A DNA stretch of 64,000 nt. Origin: an uncultured Ruminococcus sp. (lineage in GTDB: Bacteria > Bacillota > Clostridia > Oscillospirales > CAG-272). Of this stretch, positions 50,391 through 60,084 are shown piece by piece. Made by a program: the position numbers and the translations under genes. Every line of letters starts with the position of its first letter. Position 1 is the first letter of the stretch. The notes beneath the pieces are model-generated. The model had not been told where the DNA came from and did no database searches. It saw only the letters and a program-made list of their open reading frames with translations. The stretch spans positions 32,630-96,629 of the forward strand of contig CACZNC010000008.1 in NCBI GenBank assembly GCA_902782445.1. The letters run 5' to 3'.

Positions 50391-51677
50391 TTATTTCAGG
50401 TAGATCTCGAGGACGGGGATATCCGCGCCGAGGGGCTTGTAGATCGGGAGCGGAATGTCGACCGTCTTGTTTTCCGGATTGTACGAGAAGCGCATTTCGG
50501 AGGCGTCGGACAGGATCTGGATGTATTCGACGTGTTCCGCGACCTCGCCCGTCAGGCGGATCTTGCCGAAGGGCCAGGAGTACATGTGCAGATACAGCCG
50601 CTTCGTGTCGGGATTGTAGGTGTAGCGGCAGTCGCGGGGGCATTCGAATTCCAGCGGAGCCTGGGTGCATCCGTAGATCGAGCGGGAGTGGCGCTTCATC
50701 CACTTGCCGATGCCTCTCAGCCGGTCGTAGGCCCGTTCGTCGAATTCGCCGCGGCCGGTGGGACCGACGTTGAGCAGCAGGTTCCCGCCCATGGAAACGC
50801 TGTCGATGAGCATTTTCAGAAGCTGATCGACGCTCTTCCAGCTCTGTTCGTCCCGGTAGTAGCCCCAGGAGCCCGAGAAGGTGTGACAGCCCTCCCAGAC
50901 CACGGGGACGCCGTTGACTTTGTACCATCCGTCGGGCATGTACTGCTCGGGGGTCTTCACGTCCTGATCGATCTGGAGGCGGTCGTCGATCATGATCTTC
51001 GGGTTGATTTTCCGGATCTTTTCGATCAGTTCCTCGCTGCGCCAGACTTCCTTGCCCTTTCCGGCGAATCTGCCGCCCGGGCCGACGGAGAAGTCGAACC
51101 AGATGATGTCGACGGGGTCATAGCGGGTGAGGAGTTCTTCGGTCTGGTTGTGGAGGTATTCGACGTACCGGCTGAGGACCCGGTCCTTGTCCCCGGCGAT
51201 GTACTCCTCGTTGTCCCGCATCGGATGGCAGTGGTCCACGGTGTAGTCCGGGTGATGCCAGTCGAGGAGGGAGTGGTAGAAGCCGGTGCGCAGTCCGCGG
51301 GAACGGAAGGCCTCCACCATCGGGGTGAGGATATCCTTGCCGTAGGGGGTGTTCGTCGCCTTGTAGTCGGTGTAGGCGGAATCCCAGAGGCAGAAGCCCT
51401 CGTGGTGCTTGGTGGTGATGATGAAGTATTTCATCCCGGCGTCTTTCGCGGCGTCCGCCCAGAGCGCGGGATCGTAGAGATCCGGGTCGAAGTGGCGGAA
51501 ATACTTCTCGTCGTAGATCTCCGTGGGGATCCGCTCGTAGTTTTTCAGCCATTCGTGGCGCGCGCCGAGGGCGTAGAGGCCCCAATGAATGAACATGCCG
51601 AAGCGGTCGTGGGTGAACCAGCTCGTGTCGCCGGGAGTCGGCGCGGGTTTGATGACGGTCAGGTCTTCGAGTCGCAT
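50391..51677 (-). CDS. Alpha-L-fucosidase (GH29)
   Basis: RFGMFIHWG, TTKHHEGF, IIWFD, GGNLLLNVGP. Confidence 0.95.
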   Translation of the reverse strand: MRLEDLTVIKPAPTPGDTSWFTHDRFGMFIHWGLYALGARHEWLKNYERIPTEIYDEKYFRHFDPDLYDPALWADAAKDAGMKYFIITTKHHEGFCLWDSAYTDYKATNTPYGKDILTPMVEAFRSRGLRTGFYHSLLDWHHPDYTVDHCHPMRDNEEYIAGDKDRVLSRYVEYLHNQTEELLTRYDPVDIIWFDFSVGPGGRFAGKGKEVWRSEELIEKIRKINPKIMIDDRLQIDQDVKTPEQYMPDGWYKVNGVPVVWEGCHTFSGSWGYYRDEQSWKSVDQLLKMLIDSVSMGGNLLLNVGPTGRGEFDERAYDRLRGIGKWMKRHSRSIYGCTQAPLEFECPRDCRYTYNPDTKRLYLHMYSWPFGKIRLTGEVAEHVEYIQILSDASEMRFSYNPENKTVDIPLPIYKPLGADIPVLEIYLK

Positions 51678-51873
51678 AACAGTCCTCCGTTTGATTCCCT
51701 GATTTCGTTCAGACGGGTCCGTTCCCCGTCTTCTCTGTCAGATTACCATAAATCCGCGCGTTTTGCAAGGGGTTTTTGTAAATCCCGCCGGTTTTTCGCT
51801 CCTTTCCCTCTTTTTGTTCCGGAGGCGGAGGGGAAAGAAATATAAATAAACCGTAAATTCCGCCTCTTCCTCC

Positions 51874-51902
51874 TTGCAATCCGGGACGGGATATGATATA
51901 AT
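51874..51902 (+). promoter_or_regulatory. Sigma-A promoter for the SRP RNA/dnaX operon
   Basis: TTGCAA-17-TATAAT with extended TG. Confidence 0.75.
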
Positions 51903-51941
51903 GTCCTTCCGTGAAGCAATGCACAATAGCTCGTGAATCAA

Positions 51942-52211
51942 GGCCATACCAGCCGGGGGAGCAGCGGGTCCCTGTACTCGAAGTCCGCTACAGCGAGGGT
52001 GGATTCCCGTTCCGAGGGCGGAGCTTGTGCGGTCTGTATCATACGGAATGTGTTGACGAATGGGTCTTGCGCGATTCGCGGCTGTGAACCATGTCAGGTG
52101 GGGAACCAAGCAGCATTAAGCAGTGCAGCGGATGCGCCGCGAGGCAGCCTGTTCCGAGCAGGAAGTGTGGTGGCGCGCATGATCCTTCGTTCGAAGTTCG
52201 GGTGTATGGTC
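51942..52211 (+). ncRNA. ffs: Large bacterial SRP RNA (scRNA)
   Basis: Alu-like 5' domain (GGGGGAGCAGCGG..CCCTGTA...TCCGCT), S domain GAACCATGTCAGG...AAGCAGCA, paired ends, canonical position before dnaX. Confidence 0.93.
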
Positions 52212-52250
52212 TTGATTTGCGAGCTATTCTTGTTTTGTTGAGGGGCAGAT

Positions 52251-53825
52251 ATGCATCAGACGCTTTACAGAAAATACCGTCCCCGCACCTTTGACGGCGA
52301 GGGGGGCGTCGTGGGTCAGGAGCAGGTGGCTTCCGTCCTCCAGTACGAGGCGGCTCACGACAGGCTCTCCCACGCCTATCTGTTCTGCGGTCCCCGCGGC
52401 ACGGGAAAGACCTCCTGCGCCAAGATCCTCGCCAAGGCCATCAACTGCGAGCATCCCGTGAACGGCAATCCTTGCGGGACCTGCTTCGCCTGCCAGTCCA
52501 TCGACGCGGGCACGGCTCCCGACGTCACCGAAATGGACGCGGCCTCCAACAACGGCGTGGACACGATCCGTGATCTGAAAGAGGAGATCTCCTTTACCCC
52601 GGCGGCCCTGAAAAAGCGCGTCTACATCGTGGACGAGGTGCACATGCTCTCGGCCTCCGCCTTCAACGCGCTCCTCAAGACGCTGGAAGAGCCCCCCGAG
52701 CACGTGGTCTTCATCCTCGCCACCACCGAACTGCACAAGCTCCCGGCGACCATCGTCTCCCGGTGCCAGCGGTTCGAATTCCGGCGCATCCGGTTCGACG
52801 TCATCGCGGACCGCCTGCTCTGGATCGCGGAGAAGGAGGGGCTGAAGCTCGATCCCGAGGCCGCGCGCACCATCGCCAAGCAGGCGCAGGGATGTATGCG
52901 GGACGCCATCAGCCTGTTCGAACTGACGTCCTCCGGCGGATTCGACGTCACCCCGGAACGGGTCGCGGACGTTCTCGGTCTCGCCGGGATCCAGACCCAG
53001 TACAAAACGGCGGTGGCCGTCGCCCGGAACGACGCCTCCGCGATCTTTTCCATCGTCGCGTCCGTGGATGCCTCGGCGAAGGACATGACCGTCTACTGGA
53101 CCGAATTGCTCGGATTCTGGCGGGACATGCTGGTGATCCGGAGCCTGCCCGAGGAGGAGCGCGTCCGGTATCTCGACTACACCGAGCCGGAGCTCAAACT
53201 GCTCTCCGACGGCGCGCGGCGATTCCGTCCCGAAGCCATCACCCGGCATTTCGCTCTGATGGACGACGCGCTCCGCGAGATGATCCGGCTCCCCCAGTCG
53301 AAACGGATGACCGCCGAGATCACCCTCATCCGTATGGCAGACCCGGCCCTCGATTCCACGGAAGCCGCGCTTCTCGCCCGGATCGCGTCCCTCGAGGACC
53401 GTCTGGCCATGCTCGAATCCGGCGCGCCGAAGATCTTTCCCGAAATCCCCGCTCCCACGGCTCCCGAAATCCCTGCCGCGGCGGAGGAACCGAAACCGGA
53501 GGCGACTCCGAAGACTGCGGAGGACGAGCTTGTTCCGGCGGATCTCTCCGACGCCATCGAACGGTGCCGCTCTTCCCTGCCCGGGTGCGCGGGGCATCTG
53601 ATGGAGTGCGACTGCTTCGTCTCCCCGGACGGCTCCCGGATCGTATTGAAAACGCCCGGCGAATTCGCGAAGGACATGCTGTCCTCCCCGATGAATCTCC
53701 CGAAGCTGGCCTCGGCCTTCACGCTTTCGGGCATCGGATCCCCCGGGGCGCGGCTCGAGATCACGGTCGGCGCGAAGCCAAAGGTCAAGAACGCCCTCGA
53801 CGAGCTGGCGGACGCGGAGTATTGA
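52251..53825 (+). CDS. dnaX: DNA polymerase III subunit gamma/tau
   Basis: LYRKYRP, GPRGTGKT, DEVHML, NALLKTLEEPP, SRCQRF. Confidence 0.97.
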   Translation: MHQTLYRKYRPRTFDGEGGVVGQEQVASVLQYEAAHDRLSHAYLFCGPRGTGKTSCAKILAKAINCEHPVNGNPCGTCFACQSIDAGTAPDVTEMDAASNNGVDTIRDLKEEISFTPAALKKRVYIVDEVHMLSASAFNALLKTLEEPPEHVVFILATTELHKLPATIVSRCQRFEFRRIRFDVIADRLLWIAEKEGLKLDPEAARTIAKQAQGCMRDAISLFELTSSGGFDVTPERVADVLGLAGIQTQYKTAVAVARNDASAIFSIVASVDASAKDMTVYWTELLGFWRDMLVIRSLPEEERVRYLDYTEPELKLLSDGARRFRPEAITRHFALMDDALREMIRLPQSKRMTAEITLIRMADPALDSTEAALLARIASLEDRLAMLESGAPKIFPEIPAPTAPEIPAAAEEPKPEATPKTAEDELVPADLSDAIERCRSSLPGCAGHLMECDCFVSPDGSRIVLKTPGEFAKDMLSSPMNLPKLASAFTLSGIGSPGARLEITVGAKPKVKNALDELADAEY

Positions 53826-53860
53826 ATCCAAACTGAACTCTACACAGAGAGGTAAATAAA

Positions 53861-54217
53861 ATGAAAGCAAAACTCCCGAAGGGGATCGGCGGCGGTCCTC
53901 AGAACATGCAGGGCATGATCAAGCAGGCCCAGAAGATGCAGGAGGAAATGGAGACGCTTCAGGCCGAGCTCGACGCGAAGGAATACGAGATCCAGGCGGG
54001 CGGCGGCGTCGTGACCGTGAAAATCAACGGCAAGCTCGAGATCCTCTCCATCGATCTCAAGCCCGAAGTCGTGGATCCCGAGGACATCGAGACCCTCTCC
54101 GATCTTCTCACGGCGGGCGTCAACGAGGCGATCAAGACCGTCTCCACTGCCAACAACGAAGCCATGAGCAAGGTCACGGGCAGCCTGAACGTCCCCGGTA
54201 TGCCCGGTCTCTTCTGA
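53861..54217 (+). CDS. YbaB/EbfC nucleoid-associated protein
   Basis: MIKQAQKMQ, AGGGVVTV, VDPEDIETLSDL; between dnaX and recR. Confidence 0.95.
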   Translation: MKAKLPKGIGGGPQNMQGMIKQAQKMQEEMETLQAELDAKEYEIQAGGGVVTVKINGKLEILSIDLKPEVVDPEDIETLSDLLTAGVNEAIKTVSTANNEAMSKVTGSLNVPGMPGLF

Positions 54218-54218
54218 G

Positions 54219-54857
54219 ATGGCAGAAAATCTGGAGCCCCTCGAGCGGCTGACGGACATGTTCCGCAAGCTCGACGGCGTGGGGAAAAAATCCGCCTCCC
54301 GCTACGCCTTCTGCGTTCTGAACTTCTCGGACGAGGAAGCCGCTGAATTCGCGCGGGCCATTCTGGCGGCGAAGACGGAGATCCGCCGGTGCAGGATCTG
54401 CCAGAACATCACGACGGAGGAGATCTGTTCCGTCTGCGCGTCCGAAGCCCGGGATCACCGGACCGTCTGCGTGGTGGAGGATCCGCGGGCCATGCTCGCC
54501 ATCGAGAAGACGCGGCAGTACGGCGGCGTGTACCACGTTCTGCACGGCACGATCTCCCCGATGCGCGGGATCACCCCGGACAAGCTGACCATCCGGGAAC
54601 TGCTGGCGCGGATCTCCCCTCCGAAACAGGAAGAAGACGGGGAGACGGAACAGCAGCCCCGGGTCGAAGAGGTCATTCTCGCCACCAACCCGACGGTGGA
54701 GGGCGAGGCGACCGCGATGTATGTGGCGAAGCTGCTCTCCCCCCTCGGCGTGAAGGTGACGCGCATCGCAAACGGTCTTCCCGTCGGCGGAGACCTGGAA
54801 TACGCGGACGAAATCACCCTCCGCCGCGCGATGGAAGGGAGATATGCTCTTCTCTGA
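54219..54857 (+). CDS. recR: Recombination mediator RecR
   Basis: GVGKKSA.R, C4 zinc finger, VVED, ATNPTVEGEATA, GGDLEYAD. Confidence 0.97.
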   Translation: MAENLEPLERLTDMFRKLDGVGKKSASRYAFCVLNFSDEEAAEFARAILAAKTEIRRCRICQNITTEEICSVCASEARDHRTVCVVEDPRAMLAIEKTRQYGGVYHVLHGTISPMRGITPDKLTIRELLARISPPKQEEDGETEQQPRVEEVILATNPTVEGEATAMYVAKLLSPLGVKVTRIANGLPVGGDLEYADEITLRRAMEGRYALL

Positions 54858-54899
54858 CTCCCCCGCACAATACGAAAATACCGCGGTCCCACGGATCTA

Positions 54900-55004
54900 A
54901 TACTAATTCCACACAAAAACATTGTAAAATGGTTTTGTGTGACCCAGAAAGTCAGATTGACTTTCTGGACAGTCTAAATCAATAATTTAGACTGGAATTT
55001 GTAT
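54900..55004. repeat. Three-hairpin element, copy 2 (complete, with terminal inverted repeats)
   Basis: ATACTAATTC...GAATTTGTAT enclosing hairpins at 54910-54941, 54944-54968 and 54970-54994. Confidence 0.88.
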
Positions 55005-55042
55005 AGATCCACGGGATCGCGGCTGTTTTTGCCTAGCGAGCC

Positions 55043-57148
55043 TCAGTACTGGTTCGTGTCGAGGTAGTCCATGACGTCGATATCGGTGAAATAGGCGTCG
55101 AGGATCTCTTTGGCGGTATAGCCCTTCAGGCCGAGCTCGTAGGCGCCCCACTGGCTCATGCCGACGCCGTGTCCCCAGCCCTTGCCGACGATGATGAAAT
55201 TGTCCCGGTCCTCGGCGTAGGCGGTCTTGTAGGCTGTCTTCCCGTCTTCGGAGACCCGGGTTTCCTCCTCCTTCACCTTCTCCTGTTTCGCCCGATCCTG
55301 CGCGGCTCTCATGGCGTCCGTCCTGCTCTCGGCGACGCCCTTTCCGTAGAGCTCGTCGTACTCCTCCCCGAGGAATGCGGCGGCGTTCTCCGCGGTCACC
55401 GCGAAAATGTCATGCCGGAAATAGTCCGCGTACCCTTCGCCGGACATGAGAAGGACGGAGTTTTTGAAATAGCTTTTTTCCAGCGAATCCTTCGTGATGA
55501 CGACGAATTCGTCGAGATCGGTATAGCTGTAATCCATCCCGAGGGGGCCTTCCGGGATCTCTTCGATCTGTGCGGCCGGCTCTTCGGGTTCGGAGATCTC
55601 AGGTCCGGCTTCCGGGATCACGATGTCCTCGGTATATTCGACCTTTCCCTTCCCGATCACGAAATTGGAACTCTTCACGTAGGGAGTGAGCGCGATGCGG
55701 ACGGAATCCGTGGTGTCGATGGTGATTTCGGTTCCATAGCTGTCGGTGACCTTCAGGGTCTTGATGTAGGTGGAATTCTTCGCCAGTGCGGCGATCTCCA
55801 CCTTTTCCACGGATCCGCGGAGCTCGGAGTAACCTGCCTGACGGAAGCGGTCGAGCAGGGCGGTCGGAGAGATCTCCGTGATCCAGAACGCGTTTTCGTG
55901 GTTCATGTAGTTTTCCCACGGCGTTTCGACGGCCTTGAGGTACGGCACGGGTTTGGTCCCGTTCCATGCGTCCTCCGCGTTGACCGTAACGCCGCCGACG
56001 CTGGAGGAATAGTACCCCTCGACGATGTTCCGGTCGTAGGTCATGACTAGTCCCGCCGTGCCGAGGACCGCTTTCATGAGCTTGTCGTTGATCCTCCCCG
56101 CGCCGCGGTAGACCTGGCAGCAGACCTCCGGGCAGAGATCGTAGCCGAGGGATTTGTGCTTGCCCTTCTCGCCGCAGTAGGAGAGGGTAAAGGACCGGAC
56201 GGTGACGGCGAAGGCTTTCTGGGTCTCGAGGGGCCATTCGTTCGAGGTCTCGTAGGGGAGGACCCCGGCGATGTAGGATTCGAGCGGCACGACGTTGATC
56301 ACGGCAACCCCTTCGGGAGCGCGCCGGAACGCGAGGACGCCGTCGTAGATATTCCCCGCCGGGACTTTGACGTAGGTATTCCCGTTCCGGTCTTCCTCCG
56401 CCCCGACACCGAGTTCCAGACCGCCGTCGCAGTCGAATTCGAAGATCACTTCATAAGTCGAAGGGTCTATGGCGGAAACTCCGGTGGTGGAAGGGCCGAC
56501 GACGGAGACCCTGCGGTCGGGAAACAGATCTTCGGCGTCTTCGAGATCGTCGTAAGCGTCTTCCCAGGAGGTATAGGCCCCGAGGCGGAGAGCGAACTGT
56601 CCGTGAACGTAGGCGGGGGTCACGGAAAAGCCCATTCTCCGCGCGCTGCGCTCGATATCGTACACGAGGTCTTCGAGATCGTAGCGGTCGCAGTCGGCGC
56701 AGTTGACCTCGATCCGGTAGCCCCCGAGATCGGTCGTCCGCTCCGAGGAGGCGACTTCAAATCCGGAGCCGTCCGATGAGAGATTCGCCGCGGGAGCGAG
56801 GGTGATTTTCCGGTTTTCCAGTTCCCAGACGGTGCGGAAATCGCGGTCCCCGTCCATCTGCTGGGATCCGAGGACAAATCCGGCTTCCGAGGTGACTTCA
56901 AGGGAGGAAGGGGTTTCGTCCCCCACCATCAGACCCACCGTAATCAGAACATCCCCGCTCTGTTTCAGCGAGGATGTGTCGATGGTGTCGGTTTCCGCGG
57001 CGTTTACCGCTGACGCAAGAATGGTGATGGTATAGGAAGCCGCGCCGAGGATCATGAGCACCACCATGATGACGGCGATCACGCGGACGGTCAGCTTCTT
57101 TTTCTCTTCCTGCGTTCTCTTTCTTTTTTCTGTGTTATCCCTTGACAA
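55043..57148 (-). CDS. SpoIID/LytB domain protein
   Basis: INVVPLESYIAGVLPYE...W...KAFAV..RSF, CCQVYRG, GKGWGHGVGMSQWGA; N-terminal TM; probable TTG start at 57148. Confidence 0.9.
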   Translation of the reverse strand: MSRDNTEKRKRTQEEKKKLTVRVIAVIMVVLMILGAASYTITILASAVNAAETDTIDTSSLKQSGDVLITVGLMVGDETPSSLEVTSEAGFVLGSQQMDGDRDFRTVWELENRKITLAPAANLSSDGSGFEVASSERTTDLGGYRIEVNCADCDRYDLEDLVYDIERSARRMGFSVTPAYVHGQFALRLGAYTSWEDAYDDLEDAEDLFPDRRVSVVGPSTTGVSAIDPSTYEVIFEFDCDGGLELGVGAEEDRNGNTYVKVPAGNIYDGVLAFRRAPEGVAVINVVPLESYIAGVLPYETSNEWPLETQKAFAVTVRSFTLSYCGEKGKHKSLGYDLCPEVCCQVYRGAGRINDKLMKAVLGTAGLVMTYDRNIVEGYYSSSVGGVTVNAEDAWNGTKPVPYLKAVETPWENYMNHENAFWITEISPTALLDRFRQAGYSELRGSVEKVEIAALAKNSTYIKTLKVTDSYGTEITIDTTDSVRIALTPYVKSSNFVIGKGKVEYTEDIVIPEAGPEISEPEEPAAQIEEIPEGPLGMDYSYTDLDEFVVITKDSLEKSYFKNSVLLMSGEGYADYFRHDIFAVTAENAAAFLGEEYDELYGKGVAESRTDAMRAAQDRAKQEKVKEEETRVSEDGKTAYKTAYAEDRDNFIIVGKGWGHGVGMSQWGAYELGLKGYTAKEILDAYFTDIDVMDYLDTNQY

Positions 57149-57677
57149 TGGAGTAATCCCCCCTGACCATGATGTAAACGGATTCTGACTGTGCGACGAG
57201 ACCGCGGCCGTCCGCACGGGGAATCAGGCACATGTGATTCTTCGTGAGAAATTCGCCGTTGTAGATTTCGTATCCGCCCGTAATGTCGGCCAGCCCCTGC
57301 TTCGCGTCGGGAGCCATACAGACGGCCGAGCCCGCCCGGAGCATCACTTCGCACGCGGATTCGGCGTAGAGGATGTCGCCCCAGGTCAGCTCCACCACCT
57401 CGAAGACGGTGGACTGCCCGGAGGGGACCTCGACCGTCGTGACCGCGGGAGTTTCGGCGGCGGCGCGCTCGTTCCGGTAGGATTCCAGCGTCCCCACGAT
57501 GCTCTCGATCCGTTTGTCCACTTCGGAGAGGATCTCGTTTTTGAACTGGTTCGAGAGATAGCTCAGGGTGACGATGGGATCGACCGAGCTGTCGTATGCG
57601 GCCGCGGATGCCAGCACCCCGGCGGACACAAGGAGCGCGCAGGCGGATGCGGCGACGGCGGCGATTTTCTTGTTCAT
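57135..57677 (-). CDS. Secreted hypothetical protein
   Basis: Signal peptide; DPIVTLSYL, EVMLRAG, GLADITGG, NH...IPRADGRG pattern. Confidence 0.8.
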   Translation of the reverse strand: MNKKIAAVAASACALLVSAGVLASAAAYDSSVDPIVTLSYLSNQFKNEILSEVDKRIESIVGTLESYRNERAAAETPAVTTVEVPSGQSTVFEVVELTWGDILYAESACEVMLRAGSAVCMAPDAKQGLADITGGYEIYNGEFLTKNHMCLIPRADGRGLVAQSESVYIMVRGDYSIVKG

Positions 57678-57837
57678 AGCGTCAAGACCTTTCAGCGGTT
57701 CGTCCGGGACCCTTTTCCGAGCCCCGCGCTTCTGCTATTATACACGACGGAGCGGGATTTTTCAAGAGCGGAGGCCCCATATCCCGCAAAAATTTACATT
57801 CCGTTCGTGAAATTGGCAATCGTTTCCCCTTTTTTCC

Positions 57838-60063
57838 TCATTCGAGGGCGATCTGCTCCGGGACCGCGATCCCCGTCGCCGGGATTTTGTTTTTGCGGCA
57901 CTTGGAGAAGGCGGGGCGGGCGGCGTTTTCTCCGATGAGTGCCCTTGTGATCTTCAGCCCGTCCTTCATCGTGAACAGGGTGACGCCCTGGGACGAGCGG
58001 GTGGTCTTCACGGGCACGAGATCGGAGGAGATGAGGATACCCTTGTTCGCGCTGTTTTCGAGGAAGAGATCCGCGCTCTCCCCTTCTCCGAGGAAGAAGA
58101 CGGCGGCGATGGGGGAAGCGGAAGAAAACGCCCCGGTGAGCTTTTTCCGGTTGGTCTTCGTCTCGTAGGCGGAGGCCGGGATCTTCACGCCCTTGCCGTT
58201 TTCAAAGAGGAAGAGGAAGCAGTCGCCCTCCTTGAAATCGGTGATCGCTTTCATCATGACGGGCCGCTCGCCGTCCTCAAATCCCAACCGCGCCGCGATG
58301 AACTCGCCGAGGGCGGAGGCCTTGACGGGATCGAATTCGGAGCAGCGGGTCTTGTAGCACTGGGCCCGGTCGGTGAAGAAGAGCACTTCCGCCGTGTTTT
58401 CCGTCTCCTCCGCGTTGACGATCTCGTCGCCCTCTTTCAGCTTCTGCTCGTCCGCGCGCATGAGGGACTGGCGGGTAATCTTCTTGAAATACCCCTCCTT
58501 CGTCAGCACGACGTAGACGGGATAATTGTCCTCCCCGGTGTCCTCGGGAACCGCGATCTGCGGGACTTCGTCGAGGATCTCCGTCTTCCGCGGCTGGCCG
58601 TATTTCTTCTTCACGGCGGCGAGCTGGCGGGCGATGAGCTCCTTGACCTTGATGTCGTCGGCAAGGACGGCTTCGAGGTCGGCGATCTCCTTCTGCAGGG
58701 CTTCGATCTCGCGGATCCTTTCGAGGATGTATTCCCGGTTCAGGTGGCGCAGGCGGATCTCGGCGATGTACTCCGCCTGGACCTCGTCGATGGAGAAGCC
58801 CTCCATCAGGCGCGGCACGACCTCGGATTCCTTCGCCGTCTCCCGGACGATGCGGATGGCCTTGTCGATATCGAGCAAAATCTTGCCCAGCGCCCGGAGA
58901 AGATGGAGCTTTTCCTTTTTCTTCCCGAGCTCGAAGGCCAGTTCCCGGCGGACGCACTTCATGCGGAACGCGATCCACTCGGTGAGGATGTCGCGGACGC
59001 CGAGCTGTTTCGGGGCTCCGTCGATCAGAACGGTGAAATTGCATCCGAAGCTGTCCTCCAGCGTGGTCTGCTGGAAGAGCTTCTGCATGAGCACGTCGGG
59101 ATCGGTGCCGCGCTTGACGTCGATGGTCAGTTTCAGGCCGGAGAGGTCGGTCTCGTCGCGGATATCGGCGATCTCCCGGAACTTGCCGTCCTTGAGCATG
59201 TCCGCGATCCGCTTGATGATGATCTCGACCGCCGTGGAATAGGGGATCTCGGTGATCTCGATCAGGCTCTCGGACTTGTCGTACCGGTATTTAGCCCGCA
59301 CCCGGACGCTCCCGGCCCCGGTCTCGTAGATCTGCCGCATCTGGTCCCGGTCGTAGAGCAGCGCGCCGCCCCCCGGAAAATCGGGACCCTTCACGATGTC
59401 CATGAGCTTTTCGACGCTCGTCTTCGAATTTTTGAGGAGCGCGATCGTGCCGTCACAGATCTCCCCGAGGTTGAAGGAACAGATCTGGGAGGCAAGTCCC
59501 ACGGCGATGCCCGTGTTCGGCGAGACGAGGATGTTCGGAAAGGACGTGGGAAGCAGGACCGGTTCCGTCTTCGTGTTGTCGTAGTTCGGGACCATGTCGA
59601 CGGCGTCCTTGTCGATCCCCCCGAAGATCTCGGCGGCGATCTTTTCGAGCCGGACTTCGGTGTACCGGGACGCGGCGGGGGAGGTGTCGCGGCTGTACTG
59701 CTTGCCGAAGGTCCCTTTCGAATCGATGAAGGGATGGAGGAGGGATTCGTTGTCCCGGGTCAGGCGCACGAGGGTGTCGTAGATCGCAGCGTCGCCGTGG
59801 GGGTTGAGCTGCATGGTGGCCCCTACGACGTTCGCGCTTTTGATATAGTCCGCCCCGGCGTTGAGCAGTCCCATCTTGTACATCGTATAGAGCAGCTTCC
59901 GGTGGGAGGGCTTGAAGCCGTCGATCTCCGGGATGGCGCGGGAGACGATCACGCTCATGGCGTAGGGCATGTAGTTCGTCTCGATGGTCTCGGTGATCTG
60001 CTGATCCCGGATCACGGGCGATTTTTCATCGACGGAAACGGTTTCTTTTTTCTTTCTGGGCAT
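57838..60063 (-). CDS. Type IIA topoisomerase A subunit (ParC-like; no GyrA-box seen)
   Basis: YAMSVIVSRAIP.IDGFKP, NPHGD, AASRYTE, GPDFP.GG. Confidence 0.9.
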   Translation of the reverse strand: MPRKKKETVSVDEKSPVIRDQQITETIETNYMPYAMSVIVSRAIPEIDGFKPSHRKLLYTMYKMGLLNAGADYIKSANVVGATMQLNPHGDAAIYDTLVRLTRDNESLLHPFIDSKGTFGKQYSRDTSPAASRYTEVRLEKIAAEIFGGIDKDAVDMVPNYDNTKTEPVLLPTSFPNILVSPNTGIAVGLASQICSFNLGEICDGTIALLKNSKTSVEKLMDIVKGPDFPGGGALLYDRDQMRQIYETGAGSVRVRAKYRYDKSESLIEITEIPYSTAVEIIIKRIADMLKDGKFREIADIRDETDLSGLKLTIDVKRGTDPDVLMQKLFQQTTLEDSFGCNFTVLIDGAPKQLGVRDILTEWIAFRMKCVRRELAFELGKKKEKLHLLRALGKILLDIDKAIRIVRETAKESEVVPRLMEGFSIDEVQAEYIAEIRLRHLNREYILERIREIEALQKEIADLEAVLADDIKVKELIARQLAAVKKKYGQPRKTEILDEVPQIAVPEDTGEDNYPVYVVLTKEGYFKKITRQSLMRADEQKLKEGDEIVNAEETENTAEVLFFTDRAQCYKTRCSEFDPVKASALGEFIAARLGFEDGERPVMMKAITDFKEGDCFLFLFENGKGVKIPASAYETKTNRKKLTGAFSSASPIAAVFFLGEGESADLFLENSANKGILISSDLVPVKTTRSSQGVTLFTMKDGLKITRALIGENAARPAFSKCRKNKIPATGIAVPEQIALE

Positions 60064-60084
60064 TTTTTCCTCTGAGTTGGATGA

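Noticed and set aside
52251-53825. Programmed -1 frameshift in dnaX
   Set aside because: No A-AAA-AAG heptamer seen; the only similar run (GAAAAAG near 52610) is shorter and lies inside the ATPase domain.
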